Origin: Eledone cirrhosa
Taxonomy: Eukaryota
Length of the DNA stretch: 64,000 bases
Assembly: GCA_964016885.1 (NCBI GenBank)
Contig: OZ024740.1
Coordinates: forward strand, 237,336,001 to 237,400,000
Direction of reading: 5' to 3'
The notes below the pieces were generated by a model. The model worked only from the letters and a program-made list of their open reading frames with translations. It searched no databases and was not told where the DNA came from. Shown piece after piece: positions 40,232-52,850 of the stretch. Numbering within the stretch: position 1 is the first letter of the stretch; each line of letters begins with the position of its first letter. The translations under genes and the position numbers were made by a program.

Positions 40232-40398
40232 CAATATAAAACAGTTTTATAGATAAATATATTCGACATACCGTAATAAACATCAACTTCATTTGAAGAG
40301 GTTTACGCTAGCAGACTGCTAGCGTAAACCTCTTCAAATGAAGTTGATGTTTATTACGGTATGTCGAATATATTTAACTATAAAACTGTTTTATATTG

Positions 40399-40464
40399 TA
40401 TTTTGTCTGATGAAGGCATAGCATATTGTTAATATGATATCCCCGAAATATATATAATGAAATA
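40399..40464 (+). ncRNA. Minimal type I hammerhead ribozyme (Penelope-type)
   Basis: Stem I uauuuugu/augaaaua; core CUGAUGA (40407-40413); long stem II ggcauagcauauu/aauaugauauccc; GAAA (40445-40448); palindromic stem III uauaua; AUA cleavage triplet ending at 40456. Confidence 0.7.
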
Positions 40465-40674
40465 AATATGGTTTTATAAATATAGTTTTCCATTTATTTA
40501 ATATTGTATATTATATATATATATATTTTGAAAATTTGGACTGTGAACAACAATTATAATTGAGTGGCTGCTATTTGCAGAGTATAGCAATATAAGGTTG
40601 CACTTACCAATGAAACGGTCGTAAATACCTGGATAAAATCCTTCTCTTAATGCTTACCTGTGTTTTCTCTTTTA

Positions 40675-40720
<46 letters not shown>

Positions 40721-41242
40721 ATTTAGAGGGATGAGGCTGCGTGATTACTGATAACGAGTGTTAGAAAAGGGAACACAAACAAGAGAGAGACATTCTCCCT
40801 TCATCAATTGTTTACTATGGGTCACAGATGTTTCAGTGCATTATATATATATTAGAAAGTGAGGTTTTTTTTACAAAATGAAAAATAACCGGTGTCCTAC
40901 ACAAGTGAAAGTATAAAGAAAAAAAATCAAATCGAAAATGCAACTGGAGTCTTATTTTAAAAAAAATATATATATATTTATTTGGTTCCTTTACCGGTTT
41001 CACAGTTCTTCTGCTTTTCAAAAGTAGAGTTGAGATGGCGGGTCTGTGGTTTTTCTCACATCTGGTTGGTCTTTGAATATTACTTGTTTTATATGGAAAA
41101 AAGTGGCTCGAAACACCAGGTTTTTAGAGAGGTAATTTGATTGGTTGGTCAATAAGTATAATAAATTTTGCGCCAGTTCGCGTTACAAAGTTCTTCAAAC
41201 AAGGGGGGGGGGGGGACTCAGGTTGTTTTTTCATATATGAGT

Positions 41243-41800
41243 GTTTGAATTTCTTTATACTTTAAAAAAAGGGGGGGCTCACAAAGGCTTTTTTTTTTAT
41301 TATATAAATGTAATTTGATTGGTTATAAATGAAATTATGGCTGTCATGTGAACAAGTTCATTAAATTTCGCACCTGTGTTTGGGAATTTATTTTGTAGCC
41401 TTTTAGAGTATTTTATGACAAACAAAAGATAATGGTCAAGAGAAATGGGATGGGAGAATTGTTCTGGTTCAGTGAATATAGCAGGTTGTTTTTTCATATA
41501 TGAGTGAAGTTTGGTTGGTTGATGTAGTCACGTGAATAAGTATATCAGCTTTCGCATAAGTTTGTTTGAATTTCTTTTTACTTTAAAAAAAGTGGCTCAT
41601 GAAGGCTTTTTTTTTAATAAATATAATTTGATTGGTTATAAATGAAATTATGACTGTTATGTGAACAAGTTCATTAAATTTCTCATCCATATTTGGGAAT
41701 TTATTTTGTAGCCTTTTAGAGAATTTTATGACAAGCAAAAGATCATGGTCAAGAGAAATGGGATGGGAGAATTGTTCTGGTTCAGTGAATATGGCTGGTT
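41243..41800. repeat. ~245-bp direct duplication (41243-41488 and 41564-41800)
   Basis: Near-identical gattggttataaatgaaattatg...gagaaatgggatgggagaattgttctggttcagtgaatat. Confidence 0.9.
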
Positions 41801-41862
41801 CCCTGGGGTGTCAGAATTCAGATTTTCTATTGAAATAAAGAAAGTAAAGATATGTATGTTTA

Positions 41863-41911
<49 letters not shown>

Positions 41912-42250
41912 GAAGATGATTCTATTAGTAGAAATGGGGGAGGGAGTTGTGTGTGTGGGAGTATGGTTAGCATGTTAAGATGAAGAGAATATATATATAT
42001 ATTGTGTGTGTGTGTGTAGGAAAATGATTCCGTTAGTAGGAATATTTTTGAATGAACATATTTTCCTTACTTATTTGTTGTCAGCGCAAACATATGTTAA
42101 GGTTTATTTAGTTCGGGTTTTTATTTTCTAAAGTAGAAGGTGTTATGTGTGTATGTATGTGTCTGTTTAGATGGTTAGCATGTTATGGTGTTGACATAAT
42201 GTATATTAAACCATATTAATGTTGGTAATGTATATTAAACCATATTTAAT

Positions 42251-42292
<42 letters not shown>

Positions 42293-42409
42293 ATTCAAAT
42301 ATAGAAATATTCCATACCACCTATGTAAGTATGGGAAACTGGACATAAATAGGCAGTCATATGATTTTTTGCTTTTCATCTGGAAATAAGGTAATGAGTA
42401 ATATTTGTA

Positions 42410-42600
42410 ATGGTGGATTGGCAGTATCGGTAGAGGGTCGGATGCCATGCTTTGCAGTAAAGAGTTACGGCCCTTGCCATTCTGAGTTCAAATCCCACCG
42501 AGGTTAACTTTGCCTTTCATCCTTACGGGGTCGATAAAATAAAGTACCAGTAATACACTGGGATAATTGCTGGCCTTGTGCCAAAAGTAGAAACAAATAT
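42410..42600 (+). mobile_element. Meta-like SINE
   Basis: Full copy with TSD aatatttgtaatgg. Confidence 0.88.
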
Positions 42601-43754
42601 TTGTAATGGTTAGTAGAATTGGTAATCTAGTGATGGTTAGCACATGTATGCATATTTTTCTCTGACTTACTACTTTTTGTTTCAATCTTATGGAAAATTT
42701 GGAATCTTCTGACTTGTGTTTTATTGTTCTCGTCCCCTCTTTTTCTCATTTGCTGTCTTTCCCTCCCTCTTCTACTCTATGAATCCCTATACAAAATTCT
42801 CTCATTCGATCTCTTTCTTTCAAAGTACACCCATTATGTAAGTGGCCGGAAGTAAATAAAAAATTTGAGAAACTTGTTGAATGAAACTTTATAAAAGGAG
42901 GAATTGTAAAAAATCATTACGTAATGGAGTTGTGAATCAAAAACTACACTCTAAACGATATTTAAAACATTTAAAACTTCATAAATATATTTTATACTCA
43001 CTAAAATTTCAAAACCATGCCATCTAAATATAAAGTGTTGATTAGCTGCTGTCTCAGCTTATAAACAGGGTTTCAATTTTTGCCCATTTCTCAAACAAAA
43101 TAAGCAGGGGTCGATTTTATTTGACTATATATGGTAATTTATTTGTTGAGTTAGACTCTATATTTAAAATATCCCCTTTTCTCTACTGATATCACATGAA
43201 AACTGCATTCCATTGCAGTTTAGTACATTATGCATAGAACTCCCTTGCTAATAACACACACAGAACTGTACTGTCTAGATGTTCTTTTACAACATCATAC
43301 AGAGAAAGCTGTGGATGACATTATTCTGGTGTGTGTTTCCTACATCTGTTTGGCAACAAGCAGCAATCTTATTTATTATGGCCAATTTCTAAACCTATTA
43401 AAGAAAAGCAACTTTAAATGACAGCTACTGCCTATGGTCAGTATGTAAACTATTTAAGATGCTGACTAGAGCAACTGATGTGTGCATCAACAATTATTTT
43501 CTTTATTTATTTCTGAAAGAATTGCTTTCTGTCTATGGACTTCAGTAAGCATCTACATTATTCTAGTTGTTCCTTTGTTCCTGTCTGTTCATCTCTGTCA
43601 ACAAAATTATGCAAAGTCATTAAGATATGACAATTATTTGCCGAGCGACCATTCAGTAGATTCACTGACCAATATCAAAAACCTCTGCTGTCTTACAATA
43701 CTCAGTGATAGTTACCAATGATCAATATTGTCTCTGAGATGAGGATTATTATTA

Positions 43755-44120
43755 TTATATACGGATTTATTTAGACTAGCAAACTTTTCTTGGTTCTTAA
43801 CATTTTAGTCAGTGTACTTTCCAACCTTCTTCAGGTGTCTGTCTTATTCAGTAATATTCATGGAATATTCCATTGACTCTTTCATTCAAACCACAATGGT
43901 AGGCTGTTTTCATTCCATTGTCCATGCCTCGGATATACTCATATTACAATAGAATGAACAATATAATGAGAGCACTCGCATATTTGAAATCCTGAGAACA
44001 TTACTGAATGTGCGACTCATCTGAAGAAGTTCAGAGAGTAAAACAGCTGAAACATTGTAACTATAATTACTATAACAACCATGGTGAAGACACTAGTTTC
44101 TGAATAAATCAGTATATATA
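43755..44120. mobile_element. Diverged inverted pair of Penelope-like terminal repeats with degenerate hammerheads
   Basis: 43755-43860 (-) aligns with 43996-44120 (+): attactgaat...ctgaagaag...gaaac/aaaatg...ctagt...aataaatc.gtatata. Confidence 0.6.
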
Positions 44121-44279
44121 ACAAATGACAGACCATCATTCAAAACTGATTAATGGTTTGTTTCTCATCAATGTATTGTACTGAATCTCCAGTCAAATAT
44201 TTTGCTTACTCAGTCTGTCTAGCTGCAAATATGTACCATCCAGCAGGAACAGCTCACCCCTGGAAACTTTAGCATTTTC

Positions 44280-44525
44280 ATTAATCCTTTTGGTATTAAT
44301 TCACCCCAATCCACCTCTGGTTCTATTAAACAAAACCACCCATTTTAAATGGTTCCTGTTTAAATTCAAATCTTCCCACGTAACTTGATATAAGAACCTT
44401 CTGTTAAGTTATGTTGCAAATACCATCTTAATGAAATAATTAATAGTTTTAGTAAATCCCTCCAAATTTCTCATTAACTAATTCAAATGTAGTATATCTT
44501 ATTAGAATATGGTAATGAATGGTTG
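44280..44525 (+). mobile_element. MITE family B
   Basis: ttaatccttttggt...aatatggtaatgaatggttga. Confidence 0.6.
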
Positions 44526-45221
44526 ATTTCAGTTGAGTTCAGTTCTTGTCATAGGCTCAGTTAGGCTGCTTTGACCTATTTACTTTATATAAAAATTCCA
44601 TCTTCAAGTGATTCCATTATGACTTAATATTCATCAATGTTCTAGAATAATAGGAGATTCATTTTCACTTAATTGAATGCCAGATTCAAATAAAGAAGTA
44701 TCTAGTTTAGCTACTTTTTGCTTACTTATTTTTTCTACTAATTATTAGTATCATGTAATTTTTGTTAAATTTTTGGAGATTTCCTTTTCCTGATATACTT
44801 GAAATGTATCATCATAAATTACATCACAGTGAAGAATTAACCAGCTGCTAGATCAAACTATTTTTTCATATCTGCTATGAACAAATTTTTTGAAAGTAGA
44901 AAAGTATATTTCTCTGGAACTTTTAATGCCAGAATTTCAGTCAGAATACAATGAATTATTCTAGCTTATTTTACTGATTCTACCATTGCATTGAATTCAG
45001 TTTAGAGAGATTATTGAACACAGAAACTTTACACACCACACCTGTCATTGTTTAGAATAATTAACATAAGAAAGCTATTTAAATTCTGAGTATATTCTTG
45101 CTTAAATCCTTAAGAAATTCCAGAACTTAATGGTATAAATTCAATGTATGGAAGATTAGTTAATAGTGTGTATTGTACTGAGGAAATATATATATATATA
45201 TATAGGTAGATAGAAAGAAAG

Positions 45222-45285
<64 letters not shown>

Positions 45286-45662
45286 ATTTACCCCACTTCC
45301 AAGAAAAAAGAAGAGCACGAAGAAGAGATAAAGTTTATAATTAGAGGAGAGTATAATGGATTTTGGAATCTGGTGCTGACAGGCATAGAGGAAAAGAAAA
45401 CTTTAGAATAAAATGTGTTCAACGAAGTATCAAGCAAAGAAATATTTACACACTAGTGAGTAGCTTACTAATTAGTCTCTTTCCAAATTCAGGAATGCTG
45501 TTAGTCTTGAAAGAAATAATTAAAAATATCTAAACCTAATAAAATTTGGTGTTTTCACCATTTTTTTTTTGTTGAGTGAAAATAATAAGTTTCCAGGCTT
45601 GTTCATCACTGGAAGTTTATTGCAGTGTTAGGTGTATGAGTGTGTGTGAAAGAAAGAGAGAG

Positions 45663-45667
<5 letters not shown>

Positions 45668-45725
<58 letters not shown>
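45668..45725. repeat. (GA)n microsatellite
   Basis: Read directly from the sequence. Confidence 0.95.
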
Positions 45726-45728
<3 letters not shown>

Positions 45729-46934
45729 TTTAGAAAGGAAGTAGCAAAATATCATCAGAAAATTTACAAAAGATTGGATGTTTTATATTTTCATAAATAT
45801 TGTTTACAAGGATTTTTTATCAGGCACCAGGACTATTTTCACAAAAGTGAAAGGGCATGTATAGTTAGTTGAATGAATTAACTTCAGGAATTTACTGAAT
45901 TTATTTTATTGTTATTATCACCATAACCATTGTCCTAGAGTTTATATTTCCTTCTTGGTTCTGCAGTTTGTGATGTCCAATATCTTGAGATCTAAATTTC
46001 ATCTAAACACATCTTATGTATTCCACTGCTTTTCCTCAAACACTATTGGTCATATATATTATCTGTCCATAACAGCATACACTAATATTTGTTGAAAAAC
46101 AGTAATGTCTAGTCAGTTGTATGTTCCTAAATCTTCTATAGAGATTTAAGTTTCATTCCTAGCAGCTATTGTACCCTTGAGTAAAACACTTTATTTCATG
46201 TTAACTTCAGTCCATTCAGATGGTAAAAAATGACTTGTACCTGTATTTCAAAGAGCCAGCTGAATATCTCAGAGAACTATGTTAAGGGTGTATATGTCTG
46301 TGGCATGCTTAGCTACTTGCACATTAATTTCCTAAGCAGACTGATCCATTGTTCAAACAACTGGGACAATCCTTGTCAGAACTGATGGAGATCTGACACA
46401 TAGGAATGTCTAGCCCCTTTATCAATACAATGCTCAGTTTACTTCATTGTTTACTGCTATCAAGTACTGAGGTCAGTTGACTTACTTCAGTGATATCTGT
46501 CCACTGGGTGTCAGTGTAAGCTGTTTAGTTAAAGATGCCTGGGGTTCTGTGAATATTGACCTATGAGTAACAGGTGTTTGTGAGTGGTTTAGGACCTTGG
46601 CTTTTTCCTTGTTATTCATCATTATCATCATCATTTACATAATCCCTGTCATCATCTTGAATACCTAAGTGCTAGTAAGGTAAGAGAACATTAAACAGGG
46701 ATGGTGATGATATATTATTATATGTCTAAGTGTCTGAAGTCTGCTGTTACCTTTAATGATATTCATCAACTCTCTGCATGTGTCAATATCCCAGTGAATA
46801 AGAACATTATCACCCTTAGTTTTAGAAGAAAAAAGAGGTACCTAGTTTGAATTAAATCTAGTACTATGTGCATATCAAGCCAATCAAAACATAATCTTGG
46901 TAGAAGTAAAATAATAATAACAATAATAATAATA

Positions 46935-47150
46935 AAAATAATAATAATGGTTTCTTCTATAGGCACAAGGCCAGCAATTTGTGGGCGTGGAAGTCGGTTA
47001 AATCAACCCCAGTGCATTACTTGTGCTTTATTTTATCGATGAAAGGTAAAGCTGCTAACCTCGGCAGGACTTGAATTCAGAATGTAAAGGGTCATAACTC
47101 TATGCTACAAAGCATGGTGTCTGATGCTCTACTGATACTACCAATCCACC
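46935..47150 (-). mobile_element. Meta-like SINE (long subtype) between TAA tracts
   Basis: Family motifs present. Confidence 0.8.
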
Positions 47151-47153
47151 ATT

Positions 47154-47186
<33 letters not shown>

Positions 47187-47189
<3 letters not shown>

Positions 47190-48375
47190 CCAACTTGAAT
47201 GTGAGAAAACTGGTCACTTCAATGAATATCTGAACAGTTGCAGTGGTTAGATATAGAGCATCCATTCTCAGGTGGACTGAAGAAGAAATATCAAAATTGG
47301 ATAGATGAGAAAGTTAATGACATTATATGGAGCTTTATACTCTAAAGCAAATACCAATAGACTATACATGAAGAGAAAGAATGGTGTCAGAGATGTCATC
47401 AGATTGGATCATTGTATGAGGAGTGAAAGGAGAACACTTGCAGAATATTTGGTAGACAGTGATGAAGAGCTGTTGCAATACACAGCAGGAGATATGGGTA
47501 TAAAGGCAGTAGAAATAGTTGGGAAGGAAGAGTCTAACCAAAAAGCTGAAGAGAAAAGAAAAGATCTTCTAGGAATGAAAATGCATTAGCAGTTTGAAAG
47601 AAATACACAGGATATCAAGGAAAAAACAACATCATGGACATAGCTTAAGCAAGGTGATTTGAAACATGAAGACCTTATTGATAGCAAGACCAAGCCCTTG
47701 CTACCAATTCGGTGAAGTATAACATTTACAAAACTTCTGACACCCAGAAATGCAGGCTCTGTGAATAGAATATGGAAAATATGGTCCACTTGGTAAGTGG
47801 ATGTGAGAGCCTTGTGCAAAAAGAATATAAGTGTTGCCATGATAAAGTCTGTCTATACTTGCATTGGCTTTTGTGTTGTAAATACCAATATGAAGTCATT
47901 GAAAATTGATATGAGCCTTATAAAGTAATGCAGGAGGATGGGAAAGCAATGATATTCTGGAAGTATGACATTCAAACTGATAGAATAATTGAGAATTGCC
48001 AACTGGACATTGTTGTATTCAACATTAAAGACAAATACTGTTAGATCATCAACGTTGCCATACCAAATGACATGAATATTGAAAAAAATCACTAAGTCTC
48101 TGAATTGAAAGTGGGGCTGGCAAGACTATTTGGAATGTGAGAGGGTAATATGTAAGTGATATCAGTTGTGATTGGGGCATTAGGGATAATCGCAGTGAAA
48201 TTTCAAAACTTCTTAAAGCGACTGGAAATAATATACAGGTTAGGTGGCATACAAAAGGTGGCTTTGCAGGTACTGCACACATTTTGAGGAAAGTATTATC
48301 TGTCTGAGGTCCTTGTGATTTGACAGATGACTAAATACCTTGGTGCATTATCTATCTGCACTGCAAGACAGAGCA
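47187..48375 (+). mobile_element. R4/Dong-clade LINE 3' portion (CCHC + REL endonuclease), decayed
   Basis: RLYMKRKNG, CRLCE..ENMVHLVSGC, EYKCCHDKV.LYLHWLLC, YDIQTDRIIE...LDIVV, VAIPND, VVIGALG, GTAHILRKVL; begins directly after (TAA)n. Confidence 0.85.
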
Positions 48376-48382
48376 ATAGTAC

Positions 48383-48760
48383 TAATAATTGTTTCTACTT
48401 TAGGCACAAGGCCAGCAATTACCCAGTGCATTACTGGTACTTTATTTTATCGACCTCGTAAGGATGAAAGGTAAAGTCAACCTCGGCGGGATTTGAACTC
48501 AGATCATAAAGGGACGTAACTATGCTGGAAAGCATGGTGTCTGACCCTCTACCGATACTGCCAAAGTAGTAATAATTGTTTCTACTTTAGGCACAAGGCC
48601 AGAAATTACCCAGTGCATTACTGGTACTTTATTTTATCGACCCCGTAAGGATGAAAGGCAAAGTCAACCTCGGCGGGATTTGAACTCAGATCGTAAAGGG
48701 ACGTAACTATGCTGGAAAGCATGGCGTCCAACCCTCCACCGATACTGCCAATCCACCGCC
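48383..48760 (-). mobile_element. Two tandem young Meta-like SINEs
   Basis: Near-consensus copies with a duplicated ccaaagtagtaataat. Confidence 0.9.
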
Positions 48761-50619
48761 AAAGTAGTAATAATGATACCTAAGACCACTGGATGGTGTC
48801 TACTATCTTAACTAAATCAGCATTTACGGTCAATCCTGAGGGAGGACAAGATGATAATACTACTACTAATAATAATAATTTTTGTCCTTAAAGATAAAAT
48901 TAAAAGCCTAAAAATGATAATCTTCTAAATAATGTATATCACATTAATTTTCTCTGAATTAATGTACTACATTTATTTTGTTTTTCTTTTTAATAAACAT
49001 GAAAACTAATCAACTGTTTGTATTTTTAAATCTCTGCTAGAAATATATTAAGAGTATATTAGTAACCTTTTGCCAAAAGCAGCATGAAGTTTATCAACTA
49101 AATGAAAATATGTCTTGAGGGTAAAACACTAGTTGACTTTATGAATATTACTAGGAGAAACTTTTTTTTGCTGAAATCTTTTATAAAATTGTTGACATTG
49201 AAACTTGGTGTATATAAATGAAGTATATAATATTTCCTGTCTAGTTGAGGTATTGTAACCAAACACTGGTTAATGTAGTGTATGGATAATGTCATATAAG
49301 TCAAATCAGTATATTTGATCTCTTTTGCATATAACAATGGAACAAAACAAAATGGTGAAGTAATCTAGCCCAACAACATCTCTGTAATATAAGTAGCTTC
49401 ATAACATATTGACTATGGACTTACTTTAGGTTTTAATTTGTAGGGAAATTAACAAGTGGAAAATGTGTGGATACTTGCATAAGAACACATCATTGATTAG
49501 TTCTTCATTGCAGCATGATAGTATGATGATATGATAGTGGTTGTTGCCATCTTCCATTTTACTGGGGGGTTCAAGCATTCTTAACTAAATTCATCCTCAG
49601 CATGAAACCCAAAATATTTCCACCAACACCACCACTGTCACCATTATCGTCACAATCATTATCATAATCATTGGTGTTGTTGTTGATGATGATGATGATC
49701 TCTACGAGTCTATAATTACGGTGTTTGTTCTTGATGTTTCTCTTGATGATAATTATATCCATAATGATGATATCTATAAATTTATAATGACAGGCATTGC
49801 TAGTGTTGATAATGATAATGGTGATGGTGATGGTGGTTGTGGTATTTTTTAAAGAAAGATCATTGCAGTAAGTGCAGCTCTCAAACGAGATGACAGGGGT
49901 GCAATGGGGTGGGTGGAGGAAGAAGTGTAATAATAATTAACTTTATTAAATGATATCTAGGTTCATAAGGTTGATTTCTGTATTTGTATATGAATAACAA
50001 AGGAAGTTTTGATAAATTCTGTTGACATGATAGCAATTGTTAGAAAAGATTGTCTGTTGTGTATGTAGTATGTAGAACTAATGGCAACAAGCAGTGATTG
50101 GGAAATAGATGTGAAGAAAGACAACATATATAAAGTGTCTATAATTTATCAACTCAAGATGTTTAATTGTTAAGTTGAAGGAGGCAAAATGGTTTGATGA
50201 GAGGTTTTAAGTTATTGGAATATATCTTCAAGTTAATGCAATGTTTCTGTTCAGAAAAAATGTTTTAGTGATTGGAGGAAGAAAATTTTGAGGAAAAAAA
50301 ACTTAAAATCCCAGATGTGTGAATAATGTTTTTTGCTGAAAGATATTAACTTAATGTTGTCAGTAATGAGATATTTCTGTTGAGTAGGAAATATTTCTAG
50401 AAAATTATGTTCTGTTTATTTCACCAACTAATCACTGACTACAAGCATAGCTGCGTGGTTGAGAAGTTTGCTTCTAAATCACATGGTTCTGTGCAGCACC
50501 TTAGGCACGTTTTTTTTAAACTATAATTTTAGTTTGATTAAATCCTTATGAGTGAAATTTGGAAGTTGTCAGTTAGATATGATGTACTATATGCAGTGTA
50601 AAACATTTTTTTATGACCA

Positions 50620-51340
50620 AGTTAGAGCAGAAGTAGAAGCAATTCTCATGCACTCAAAAACAAGATTGAAAAGATTGATACAATTTATGTTCAGTTTGAA
50701 CTGTGTAGGTGGAAGTCAGTAGGAAAATACTTTGATAGGGGCATGTAGGCAATACCCTAATATGGGTTTCAAATGCGATTTGTAAAAAATCAGCAACTTT
50801 GAAGTACTTTGAGCCCCTAAAGAAGATTCTTAGTTTTTGAGAGATCATCAGACATTGAGGTAGAGTAGATCTGGTATGAGTTTTTTAAGTTGCATATGAA
50901 AGCTGTCTGTGTGCAGAAGATTAAGAAATGAAGGATGGTATGATCTGCATTGGTTTGTGTGCTGTTAGAAGCAGTAGCAATTATGTTATTGATATATTGA
51001 GAGAAAAGTATGAGAGACATGACCAAACCTTGAGATACACTAGTTGACAGTGTGAATAGGAGATGCTTCTGTCTGCAGTTAAATAAGCTTTCTATCCAAG
51101 TGATGAGATATAAAGTCCATAGGTATGGGCAATCTAACATGGATGTTCACATGTTAAGCATGGTTAAAGGTTTTGCTAATGTCAAAGGCTTCACCATCAG
51201 GCCCTTGACATTTGTTGATTTCACTCTGTTGCAATCATTCAGACCATTTCTCCTGTGTAAGGATAAGTAATTATCTTCCTACAACTTAGAATAAGGATGT
51301 CTCTCCACATGCTCCAACCTTGGAGACCCTGCAAAAAAGG
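50620..51340 (-). mobile_element. Decayed Jockey/CR1-group LINE RT fragment
   Basis: AFDISKTF (for LDISKAFD), SVSQGLVMSLILFSQYINN (for GVPQGS.LSP.LF..YIND), NADH (for YADD), QKLRIFFRGSKYF. Confidence 0.65.
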
Positions 51341-52609
51341 TCATAAATAATGTTCTTGCTCCTTTTACTAAATCATAAAATAAATTATGCTCAGATACAT
51401 TCCTTATATGATATTATTATTCTGAATGTACAAATCACATTTTTTTTAGGTGATATCTAAACAAAAGATTTGGATATTGTTTGTTAAGTTGTATTATAAC
51501 AAATTAGCTGAGTCATGAGTAAGAAACAATTGAAAGCTTGAACATGAATGAGTTTCACATTACATATATCTCTGTGGAGTTACTTTTTAAGAATGACTAT
51601 TAATGATCTGACAAACTGAATCTCTCAGCAACAAATTGAATTGTATGAGAATTGACACAACAAACACATGCGTGTGCACGCACACACGCATTTTCTTTTT
51701 CTTTAGTAATTAGTATTTCTTGAAATCATTGTTGTAATTCTTCGCAGGTTTGCCAATATTAATCAGTCATTTTTCTCTTGCAATCACTTCAGATTTTATC
51801 AACAAATCTTCACACACACACTCTCATATATATATATATATATATATATGACAGTTTTATATTAATACTTCAATAGCATGTTTAGAGCTTCGAAGATAAT
51901 CCAACCTCATTGTCACCACTGCCTTCTATTTATTAAAATATTAGTTGTGGGATTAATTTTGGTAAGGAATAAAGTTTTGTTGACCTAGTTTAACAGTATC
52001 AAAATGTATTCATCCCCACCCTATCCACACACACACACACACAATCTTTTGAATCCTTCCCATTGCTTCTGATATAGCTTGCTGAAGGTGTTTTTTCACT
52101 TTGATCAATGTAAAGCATTGTCTCCTTTTTCTAGCATTATTTCTATTGTTACAATATATAAGAATCCACAATTGTCTTTCAGAAATAAACTATCTTCAAC
52201 TGAAAGAATCAGGTGTTTCCTTTCTTTATTTGTTGTCTTCAAATATACTGTAAAAATGAATACAGAAGTGTGTGGGAAAAATAGAAAGTGTAACAAAATA
52301 ATTGAAATATAGAAACTAATTATTTCAGTTCTTATACAGCAGAGAATTCATTAAGTAGTATAATCCTTGTCTCTCTCTGGGATGTTTTTTTTTTTTGTGT
52401 TTTTTTTTTTTTTCTTAGAAAAAAAAAAAGGTAGGGATTGTTTTGTTATCAGGTTCTTTGGCATCAGAGCTTCTTAATTCTAAGTCTTGTTCAATGTGTT
52501 GTATTATTGCCAGTAGCTTAACTAATTATCTAATTGGGAACTGATTTCTCTAATTAGTAGAGTCTCTGAACATGTTACTTTTATGTTCCTGATGCTGAGT
52601 TTTGGTTAG

Positions 52610-52850
52610 GTGGGTGTGATATGGTTGTTGTTGTTTAACCCTAGGTTAGTTTTGATCAAGTAGACCTATGATCAAGGGTGTTTTCGAAATGACTATCCTG
52701 CTCTTCTCGCAGGTATTGCATATTTTTGACTACTCTATCCATTGTGTCAGTCCCTTTTCATGATGGTATAGCATAATTTGAATTTGATTTGGCTGCTATT
52801 TCCAGCAGTTCAAATAACCTCAATGAGGCTCACTCATTGCCAGAGTTGGG
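52610..52850 (+). mobile_element. Old dispersed repeat (SINE or LINE 3' end), also near 600, 9230, 10250, 23070 and 54280
   Basis: Shared tttaacc...cagacctatgatc...ggctgctattt motifs. Confidence 0.5.

Larger units (their letters stand above)
40122..40508. repeat. 387-bp palindrome (193-bp arms, 1-nt spacer, 1 mismatch) of Penelope-like terminal sequence
   Basis: Centre gctagcag-a-ctgctagc at 40315; arms compared by eye. Confidence 0.95.

Noticed and set aside
51730-51760. Acceptor ttcttcgcAG|GTTTGC as a second ratchet point
   Set aside because: The regenerated donor is weak and no matching exon end is evident
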